The notes below the pieces were generated by a model. The model saw nothing but the letters and a program-made list of their open reading frames with translations, ran no database searches and was not told the origin of the DNA. DNA of 32,000 bases from Methanococcus maripaludis (GTDB taxonomy: Archaea > AGJL01 > Methanococci > Methanococcales > Methanococcaceae). Position 1 is the stretch's first letter; each line of letters starts with the position of its first letter. A program made the translations under genes and the position numbers. The stretch covers positions 210,001 through 242,000 of the forward strand of contig NZ_CP026606.1 of assembly GCF_002945325.1 (NCBI RefSeq), given 5' to 3'. Positions 15,962 to 22,783 of the stretch are shown piece by piece.

Positions 15962-16942
15962 ATGGGGAACATGGAAAAACAGGTTTTTTTAAATGATACT
16001 TACAATGCCTTTTTAGAGGTATTTAATACCCAAGAACAGAAGTATGTATCGAATACAACACGATTAATGAAACTTTTTATATGTACTGCGGAAGAACTGG
16101 GTAAATTAGATAATGACAAACCCATTGCTTATGGTTGGTATAACCACGGTTTGTTTTGTTTTGAATTATATAACGACATGAATTCAATTAATGAATTTAG
16201 AAAAACTATGGATGTTAATAATAATTTAAATTCTGAAAAATATGAATTAATAAAATCTATACTTAAGCGATTAAAACCTCATTTTTTAAACAATACAATT
16301 AAGTTTGATAAATATATTCATGAAGAATTACCCGATAAAGAAACAAAAAAATATTATCGTGCAGTTAATGAAATGGAATGTGGTTTTGAACGTATTCAAA
16401 ATGAAAATTCCGGTTTAGGACAATATGTTGGAGAACATGAATCAAAAAATCTTCAAAAATGTATAGGAAAACTTGAAAAAGATGTTATTATTGAATATAA
16501 TGCAGAAAAAAGAAATGATGTATTTTGGGAATATACTGATTCATTATACATAACTCTTGATAACTATGAAAATGGAGAACAAAATTTAAAAAGTACCATA
16601 AAAAATATGGGAACCATATTTACTGAAAATTTATTAAGTATAATTTCCCCATACCCTGAAACACTTTCGGGACATCCTGAACTGTTAAAAATAGAATTAA
16701 AAAAGTATGATGAAAGTTTAAAAAATAATTTTTCGAAATTTCGAATGTTTTTTAGATTTACAAAAAGTTCTAATTTTTTAAAATATGATAATTTATTAAA
16801 AGAAATCAATAATGCTGAATTTACTGAAAAAACATATAAACTTATTAATGAACATATATATCCAGAAAATTCAACAAGATTAAGGAAAGAACACGAATTT
16901 AAATCATCAAACATGAATTTAGAGTATGGGGGGGAGAAATAG
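15962..16942 (+). CDS. cassette gene 1: unknown 326-aa protein; N-terminal segment weakly resembles the SocA/Panacea (DUF4065) antitoxin pattern
   Basis: TRLMKLFICTAEELGKLDNDKPIAYGWYNHGLFCFELY compares with the Panacea-like pattern KLxKLLY...g.pl....f.aW.yGPv.pelY. The stop TAG shares its G with the GTG start of the next gene. Confidence 0.55.
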   Translation: MGNMEKQVFLNDTYNAFLEVFNTQEQKYVSNTTRLMKLFICTAEELGKLDNDKPIAYGWYNHGLFCFELYNDMNSINEFRKTMDVNNNLNSEKYELIKSILKRLKPHFLNNTIKFDKYIHEELPDKETKKYYRAVNEMECGFERIQNENSGLGQYVGEHESKNLQKCIGKLEKDVIIEYNAEKRNDVFWEYTDSLYITLDNYENGEQNLKSTIKNMGTIFTENLLSIISPYPETLSGHPELLKIELKKYDESLKNNFSKFRMFFRFTKSSNFLKYDNLLKEINNAEFTEKTYKLINEHIYPENSTRLRKEHEFKSSNMNLEYGGEK

Positions 16943-17466
16943 TGGATATATTTTTAGATAGTTGTATAATTTTTGGAAAACATATACCTAAGAATCCTCA
17001 TAATGATAATGTTAATAAATTTTATTGTTCCAACAATATTTTATCACAAACGAGCTGTGATGCAGTCAAGGATGAAGTTAATTATAAATTAAAAAAGGTT
17101 ATAATTGAAGCATATGGTGATGATGTATCAGAATTACTTTTTAGGGAAATAAGACTAGCAATCAATCATTTTTTTAAAAAAATTAATATGGTAAATTATC
17201 AAAATCATACAAATTATGATTTTATTTTTTTATATGATGAATTAGAAGACTACTTCAAAAAATTGATTACGAAAAATACTGCTGATAAAGATATATTTTC
17301 TAACGTGATAGTGTGGGGAGTAGATAAAACATTAAATAATCCCAACTTTATTACCACGGATAAAAGAGATTATACAAATAAATTTGATATAATAATTACT
17401 TCCAACAAATGCCTCAGTGCAAATAATTATCCCAATACTCCGATTAAAATTCAGATATTAAAATAA
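16942..17466 (+). CDS. cassette gene 2: PIN-like domain nuclease (toxin-like)
   Basis: GTG follows GGGGGGGAG. The acidic quartet sits in PIN-typical contexts: MDIFLDSCIIF (D6 after beta-1), AVKDEV (E45), TADKDIFSNVIVW (D115/D117), FITTDKRDY (D140). Confidence 0.55.
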   Translation: MDIFLDSCIIFGKHIPKNPHNDNVNKFYCSNNILSQTSCDAVKDEVNYKLKKVIIEAYGDDVSELLFREIRLAINHFFKKINMVNYQNHTNYDFIFLYDELEDYFKKLITKNTADKDIFSNVIVWGVDKTLNNPNFITTDKRDYTNKFDIIITSNKCLSANNYPNTPIKIQILK

Positions 17467-17489
17467 ATTTTAGTTTTGAGGGGAGCATA

Positions 17490-18200
17490 TTGGATGAAAA
17501 TGTAAAAAGATTGGAAAATGTAGTTGAAAAAAACATAGACTATCTATATCGTGATTTGGAGTATACTACTACAAAATATAATTACTATGACACAAAAATA
17601 TCAAACAATTGTAATCTAATCTTAAAAATTTATGCACTTGTTTATGGTTTAATTATTACTGCTTATGGGATTGTTGATAATATTGAATTATCTTTATGGA
17701 TATTAGCAATTGCTAATATATTTGTTTTAAATTTTGCATTAGGAATATTTAAATTTGGAAGGGTATTATGTATTCTCGGAATAGATGTAGATGTTATATT
17801 GGTAAACATAAACATGTCTTCAAAAAAAGTTTGGAATTATACTGGTGATTTATTAATTGAGTTCAATAATTCGTTATATACGTTAGTTTTTTTCGTAACT
17901 AATTTTTCAATCTATTTGCTTATTATTGCACTGATCATAAGCACCGTTTATTTAATCGCTTTTTCAGATACCTACATTTCATTAATATTATCTGATTTGA
18001 GTGAATTTTTAAAATTTTTATGTTATGGGTTAATTTGGATTTTTAATATTTATAGCATAATTGAAATAAATAAATCAAAACAAAAATATGACATACAATT
18101 AAAAAAATCCAGAATAAAAGCCGAAAAATTTTCAGAAGTTTTTGATAAAATAAGGGATGTATTACATAATCAAGAACCTGATCGAGATGAAATTGATTGA
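17490..18200 (+). CDS. cassette gene 3: multi-pass membrane protein with soluble N-terminal helix and charged C-terminal tail
   Basis: TTG follows GAGGGGAG, and there is no in-frame ATG nearby. TM candidates: LILKIYALVYGLIITAYGIV, LSLWILAIANIFVLNFALGIF, LYTLVFFVTNFSIYLLIIALIISTVYLIAF, FLKFLCYGLIWIFNIYSII. Confidence 0.55.
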   Translation: MDENVKRLENVVEKNIDYLYRDLEYTTTKYNYYDTKISNNCNLILKIYALVYGLIITAYGIVDNIELSLWILAIANIFVLNFALGIFKFGRVLCILGIDVDVILVNINMSSKKVWNYTGDLLIEFNNSLYTLVFFVTNFSIYLLIIALIISTVYLIAFSDTYISLILSDLSEFLKFLCYGLIWIFNIYSIIEINKSKQKYDIQLKKSRIKAEKFSEVFDKIRDVLHNQEPDRDEID

Positions 18201-18256
18201 ATATAAAAAGATCAGCATTAATGAAAATAATAACTTAAAATATTTTATTATAAATA

Positions 18257-18284
18257 TTTTTTTCGAAATAACTTTTTTTAAAAT
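18257..18284 (+). repeat. right copy of the 28-bp direct repeat bracketing the three-gene cassette
   Basis: See 15854-15881. Confidence 0.8.
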
Positions 18285-18492
18285 ATTTTTCTGGAAACCG
18301 GATTTAAAATTAATTTCATTTATATACTAAATGTCTTTTTTTGGGTGTCCGGACTGTAATCCGGTGTCCATTTGGTACACTTTTAATCCAAAAACAAAAA
18401 ACAACGATAAAAAACACTTGAAATTTAAAATACTCGAAAAAAACCCTACCGGATTAAAAAAAAACCTTCAAAAAAGCCGTAGATTTGAATTT

Positions 18493-18554
18493 AAAGAAAG
18501 CGCAGAGGAGGGGATTCGAACCCCCGCTTCCCAGTGGGAAACCGGATTTCAAGT
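18493..18554 (-). repeat. attR: repeat copy forming the 3' portion of the intact tRNA-Ser
   Basis: aaagaaagcgcagaggaggggattcgaacccccgcttcccagtgggaaaccggatttcaagt aligns with 563-624. Confidence 0.9.
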
Positions 18555-18587
18555 CCGGCGCCTTTGGCCAAGCTCAACCACCTCTGC
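18501..18587 (-). tRNA. tRNA-Ser (anticodon UGA), class II with long variable arm, no encoded CCA
   Basis: The reverse complement folds by hand: acceptor GCAGAGG/CCTCTGC; 3-bp D stem; anticodon stem CCGGA/TCCGG with loop CTTGAAA (anticodon TGA); variable arm TTCCC-ACT-GGGAA; T arm GGGGG-TTCGAAT-CCCCT; discriminator G. Confidence 0.9.
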
Positions 18588-18613
18588 TCGCACTTGTACT
18601 TAAGCGATTCAGC

Positions 18614-18621
18614 TATATATA
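18614..18621 (-). promoter_or_regulatory. TATA box for the tRNA-Ser gene
   Basis: tatatata lies 27-34 nt upstream of the tRNA 5' end on the minus strand. Confidence 0.5.
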
Positions 18622-18922
18622 CTTTTCTATTTTTCCGAGTTTACGGTATCGTAAAATTTGTGCGCAAACCATATTAAACGGGGTAGTGCGGATGTTTTTA
18701 AAACGGGTGTATATTTTTTTAAGTCGCATCTATTTTAGAATTTTTAATAGAAAATATATTAAAAAGTAAATACTCCAAATTCCCAAATACAAAAATCAAG
18801 TTACCCCCTAAAGCATTGTTTCAAAATCTTTTTTTCAAAGTGTTTATTTTAAAAAATAGTATCTATTATATATCTAAAAACCTAAATTATGAAAAGATTG
18901 AATAGAAACATGGGTGAAATTT

Positions 18923-19852
18923 ATGAAAAATGTTACAATTGGATTATTTGGAGATTTTGAAGACGCTGGAAAAAATATTGCAAAAAAAGGAACTTCAACA
19001 GACATTACACTTTACAATCATAAAAATGGCGACGATTCAGCAGTATTTGTCGAACCTACAAGATACCCTGAAAGAATACAGCCATTAATTTATACAATAA
19101 ATATGATGGACTACGCACTTGTTTTTATCGATGAAATAAAACCTGAAATTGGCGAAACACTTCTTACATTAGATTTATTCGGTGTCGAAAGGGGATTTAT
19201 TGTAGTTGGCGAATACGTCGATGTTGAACAGTTAAAAGGAATTATTTCAAACACTTCGATGAAAAATTTTGAATTTTTGGAAAAAGATTACATACAAATT
19301 AGAGAAAAAATGATTACAATTCCAGAAGTTGAAAAAAGTAGAGAGTTTATAAAAATACCTATTGATCACTTTTTTTCAGTAAAAAGCGTTGGAACCGTGA
19401 TTTTAGGAAAAGTTGATAAGGGAAGCGTTTCTGTGCACGATAATTTAAGGATATACCCGACAAACAATAAAGCAATGGTAAAAAGTGTTCAGGTACACGA
19501 TAGGGACGTAAAAGAAGCTGGAACAAATTCAAGAGTTGGCCTTTCATTAAAAGGAATCAGTGTTGATGATTTAGATAGAGGAATGATTCTTTCAAATGGG
19601 GAATTGGAAGTATCTGACAAAATTGAACTTGAAATGAAATGGAACCCGTACATGAATAAAGAAGTTGCTGTTGGCGAAGGATACCAGATTATTGTTGGAC
19701 TTCAAACTGTAAGCTGTAAAATTGAAGAAAAAAACGGAAACAAATTAACATTAAAACTTTTAAAACCTGCTGCTTTTGAAAAGGGCGACAAATTTATAAT
19801 GCTTGATGGAAGCGCAAAAGTTAGAATCATTGGAGTTTCAAAATACGAATAG
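18923..19852 (+). CDS. EF-Tu/EF-1A-like protein with degenerate GTPase domain (EF-Tu domain 2 family)
   Basis: ATG 18923 follows GGGTGA (track start GTG 18914). GLFGDFEDAGKNIAKKG replaces the G1 motif and FVEPTRYPE replaces DxxGH. The middle VGTVILGKVDKGSVSVHDNLRIYP is typical of the EF-Tu domain II beta-barrel. Confidence 0.65.
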   Translation: MKNVTIGLFGDFEDAGKNIAKKGTSTDITLYNHKNGDDSAVFVEPTRYPERIQPLIYTINMMDYALVFIDEIKPEIGETLLTLDLFGVERGFIVVGEYVDVEQLKGIISNTSMKNFEFLEKDYIQIREKMITIPEVEKSREFIKIPIDHFFSVKSVGTVILGKVDKGSVSVHDNLRIYPTNNKAMVKSVQVHDRDVKEAGTNSRVGLSLKGISVDDLDRGMILSNGELEVSDKIELEMKWNPYMNKEVAVGEGYQIIVGLQTVSCKIEEKNGNKLTLKLLKPAAFEKGDKFIMLDGSAKVRIIGVSKYE

Positions 19853-19928
19853 ATAATCCAAACTAACTAAAATAAAAATAAAAAATAAAATACAAAATTT
19901 CTTTTTTTAAAATTTAAAAAAAATTAAT

Positions 19929-20732
19929 TTAAGTTCCGATTCTTACAGGTTCAGAAAGATCCTTTATTAATCGAATAACAGAATATGCTGCAAGTGCAGA
20001 TGTTTTTGGATTGTCCCTACAGGGATTATTTTCCACGCATGTTTTTATTGTTCCAATTGAACCTTTAACTAAAATCTCATGCCGATTTGAAGTTGCATTT
20101 GGATCTGCAATGATTTTTACTTTTGCAGGATAACGTGATGCAAGAGATAATACAACTGAAACATTGATATTTTGCGGAAATTTTGAAATTGCGTCAAAAA
20201 CAGTTCCTTCAAAAACTATTTTCGGCTCTTTTATCTCATCAGTGTTTAATCCCTGCTCTTCAAGTGCACTTTTCAAACCGTGAACGGGTTTTGTTGTAGT
20301 CAAGGATACTTCTGAAATTTTACCAAGGGATCCTGATTTTACAGCATCTATTCCTGCAATTGCACCTGAAGGTATGTATATTTTTTTCCCAAGTTTTTCT
20401 GCAAGTTTATAAAGCTTTACAAATAAATCTTTGTCTGCAAATGCGCCCACACTCATTATTATAACGTCTTTATCGTTATTAAGTGATTTTATAACTGTAT
20501 CTTCAACAGCAGTTACTGATGCACATTCTACAATCAAATCAAGATCTTTTGAAACCAGTTCATCGAGAGATTTGCAAAAATCAGCTCCTGTTTCCATGGC
20601 GAGTTTTTCTGCTTTTTCCAGATTTCCATCGTAAAAAGCTAGAACTTCTGCTTTGTTGAGTCTATCCGACATCAAAGCCTTTGTGATTAATGAAGCAATT
20701 GCTCCACAGCCTACTAGACCTATTTTTAACAT
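19929..20732 (-). CDS. nadX: L-aspartate dehydrogenase
   Basis: N-terminal Rossmann motif [10 protein letters not shown]. The segments [16 protein letters not shown]...FPQNINV, ADPN...NRHEI and [13 protein letters not shown] match the known TM1643-type aspartate dehydrogenase sequence as I remember it. Confidence 0.85.
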   Translation of the reverse strand: MLKIGLVGCGAIASLITKALMSDRLNKAEVLAFYDGNLEKAEKLAMETGADFCKSLDELVSKDLDLIVECASVTAVEDTVIKSLNNDKDVIIMSVGAFADKDLFVKLYKLAEKLGKKIYIPSGAIAGIDAVKSGSLGKISEVSLTTTKPVHGLKSALEEQGLNTDEIKEPKIVFEGTVFDAISKFPQNINVSVVLSLASRYPAKVKIIADPNATSNRHEILVKGSIGTIKTCVENNPCRDNPKTSALAAYSVIRLIKDLSEPVRIGT

Positions 20733-20756
20733 TTTAATCTCGACTTAGCTAATTAA

Positions 20757-21011
20757 TTAAAATCTGCCAGTAATTGGTGGCTTTATTAAGATAATATTTC
20801 CTATTGCTGATATCAAATTGAATGGCAACACTATTTTTTTCGTAGGATCATCGATATTTTCGCTTAAACATCCGCTTGAAACATCCGTAATAACAATACC
20901 GCTTATTGCAGCTTTATCAGTATCAACCATGGCATCGTAAACTTTACCCACATATATAGCATCTGTAGTGTATATTTTTTTATTCAACAAGTCACTAATT
21001 TTTATTGCCAT
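20757..21011 (-). CDS. PRC-barrel domain protein
   Basis: ATG 21011 follows GGGAGGA (the track start at 21038 is upstream of the SD). [37 protein letters not shown] fits the PRC-barrel pattern. Confidence 0.6.
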   Translation of the reverse strand: MAIKISDLLNKKIYTTDAIYVGKVYDAMVDTDKAAISGIVITDVSSGCLSENIDDPTKKIVLPFNLISAIGNIILIKPPITGRF

Positions 21012-21136
21012 ACTACTCCTCCCGTTAAATTCTTTCAATAATATAAACGAGGTAATATAAAATATTTGTTAATCGTTAATATTTTTAATATACTTCATTT
21101 ATATGTTTTATTAATTATTTTTCGAGGTGATAGCAT

Positions 21137-21307
21137 ATGTTAACAGAATACATTAAATTTTATTTCGAAAAAGATGGAGATATATGGGAAAAAATCGTTC
21201 AAAACAGAGATTGCATTGAAACTTTAGACATTATCCGTAATGCCGTTATGGTTGACGGATATAAACTAATAAAATGGGAAGAATGGCTCTCTGAAGAACA
21301 CGATTAA
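21137..21307 (+). CDS. hypothetical 56-aa protein
   Basis: Not in the track. AGGTGA lies 6 nt before ATG 21137. Product: MLTEYIKFYFEKDGDIWEKIVQNRDCIETLDIIRNAVMVDGYKLIKWEEWLSEEHD. Confidence 0.4.
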   Translation: MLTEYIKFYFEKDGDIWEKIVQNRDCIETLDIIRNAVMVDGYKLIKWEEWLSEEHD

Positions 21308-21335
21308 TTTATAGCATATTAAATGCCATTAAATA

Positions 21336-22256
21336 TTATTTTGGATAGTTTTTAATTACTAATTCCGTTATTTTTCGCCTTCCGTTGACTCTTGAATTTA
21401 TTATTCTTCCAGCACAAACTTTATCGATATTAAATCCACCATAGTGGTCTTCAAAAAATCGGTCTTTTGGATTTGTATTTGTCGGGTCAGAATTACTGAG
21501 CATTAAATATGCGCCTTTTTTGTCCAGATATTTAAACCAGTTGCTCAAGTCCACCTGATCTTTTTCGAGAAAATCCTCTTTAGAATAAGATGTAAAACTA
21601 ACAGTTTCTGGAAGGGGCCTGTAGGGTGGATCGATATATACAAAAGTTTCTTTGTCGATTGAAATATGCTTTTCAACGCCCTTATAGTCATCACACAGTA
21701 ATTTTACGCCTTTTAAAGCCTTGTTTACTCCCCTAAGGGTTGGTTCATCAAATATTCTTGGACGAAGATACCTTCCAAATGGAACGTTGAACATTCCTTT
21801 CTTATTTAGCCTATAAAGGCCATTAAAACAGGTTTTATTTAAAAAAATAAATCTCGCGACATTTTCAATGATATTTTCAGATTTATTTTTATCAATGTTT
21901 GATTTTTCAATGTTGTATTCATTTCTTATTTTGTAATACTGCATTTTTTGAGATTCGAAGTTCATTTTGTTAAAATTTTCTTCAATAGGTTTCAAAATAG
22001 AAATTAATTCATCAATGTTATTTTGAACAGTTTTATAAGAAAGCATTAATTCGTGATTTATATCATTTAAAACCACTTTTTTAAATTTATATTTACTTTG
22101 GAGGCCCAGATAAACTGCACCGCCACCTAAAAATGGCTCAACGTACTTTTTAATCTTTCCATTCTTCAATCCTTCCGGATAGTGGTCTTCAAACTGGGTT
22201 AAAAGTCTTCTTTTACCGCCAGCCCATTTTAAAAAAGGTTTCGCTTTTCGGTGCAT
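21336..22256 (-). CDS. Dam-like (D12 class) N6-adenine DNA methyltransferase
   Basis: FLKWAGGKRRL, EPFLGGGAV (SAM-binding FxGxG) and VYIDPPYRP (DPPY catalytic motif) occur in the Dam-family order. Confidence 0.85.
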   Translation of the reverse strand: MHRKAKPFLKWAGGKRRLLTQFEDHYPEGLKNGKIKKYVEPFLGGGAVYLGLQSKYKFKKVVLNDINHELMLSYKTVQNNIDELISILKPIEENFNKMNFESQKMQYYKIRNEYNIEKSNIDKNKSENIIENVARFIFLNKTCFNGLYRLNKKGMFNVPFGRYLRPRIFDEPTLRGVNKALKGVKLLCDDYKGVEKHISIDKETFVYIDPPYRPLPETVSFTSYSKEDFLEKDQVDLSNWFKYLDKKGAYLMLSNSDPTNTNPKDRFFEDHYGGFNIDKVCAGRIINSRVNGRRKITELVIKNYPK

Positions 22257-22330
22257 AACATATCAGAAAAGAGTATAAAGACAATATATGTATATTTTTC
22301 GGTACTGGATCTTTTCGTTGCGTTATTTGG

Positions 22331-22648
22331 TCAAAAACTGTCAATTAGATCTATATTAGAAATATCGATCCCATTGTTAAAATATTCATAATTTAGAATG
22401 AGTACAACGTGGTCAATCAGTCCCTTTTTTTCTGAACTTAAAATTTTCTTTAAGTCATCTTTTACTCGAACATCACATATTTCAGGAAGCAGTTTTTCAG
22501 CCATCCCGATAGACTCTATTCCAGATAATGTCTTTTTTAAAGCCTCTGGAACAATTTCAGAGGTGTAAATATGGTTTTTATTCTCCAAATATTCCATATT
22601 CCTCAATATTATCTCATTTTCGCCCGTACTCCCATCATAGCTTATCAT
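22331..22648 (-). CDS. hypothetical 105-aa protein
   Basis: ATG 22648 follows GGGGGA (track start 22663). No recognisable motif. Confidence 0.45.
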   Translation of the reverse strand: MISYDGSTGENEIILRNMEYLENKNHIYTSEIVPEALKKTLSGIESIGMAEKLLPEICDVRVKDDLKKILSSEKKGLIDHVVLILNYEYFNNGIDISNIDLIDSF

Positions 22649-22783
22649 ATATGTCCCCCACAATATATCATATCCATAAATTAAAATTTATAAAAAGAAG
22701 TATATATGTTTTATTAAGAAATATAATCTCTTCAAAACGTTTTAAATGAACATAAATCAGTTTAAGGGTTAAAAAGGCAGGTT

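Larger units (their letters stand above)
563..18554. mobile_element. integrated virus/plasmid-like element (provirus candidate) inserted in tRNA-Ser(UGA); about 17.9 kb between imperfect 62-bp direct repeats
   Basis: Direct repeats at 563-624 and 18493-18554 (56/62 identical). Intact tyrosine integrase next to attL. A replication protein and a block of membrane proteins are present. All genes but one are on the + strand. Sampled lines look visibly more AT-rich than the host part. Confidence 0.85.

Noticed and set aside
16870-16900. RLRKEH near the C-terminus of cassette gene 1 as a possible HEPN Rx4-6H RNase motif.
   Set aside because: This is a single short match without the usual polar residue after Arg, and I could not verify the surrounding four-helix context. 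It is too weak to call.
18630-18700. The hairpin TTTACG-GTAT-CGTAAA and nearby GC-richer sequence upstream of the tRNA, as a possible small RNA (for example a C/D box sRNA).
   Set aside because: I could find no C box (RUGAUGA) or D box (CUGA) pair and no other defining motif. The region may simply be tRNA promoter-upstream sequence.
18331-18769. ORF-track ORFs 18331..18603(+) and 18485..18769(+).
   Set aside because: Both read through the tRNA-Ser gene and its promoter on the opposite strand and have no SD. They are artefacts of the GC-richer tRNA sequence.
21336-22783. A search for a restriction endonuclease gene or pseudogene next to the Dam-like methyltransferase.
   Set aside because: There is only about 75 bp of non-coding DNA between the methyltransferase and the 105-aa gene. 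No long disrupted frame is visible on either strand.
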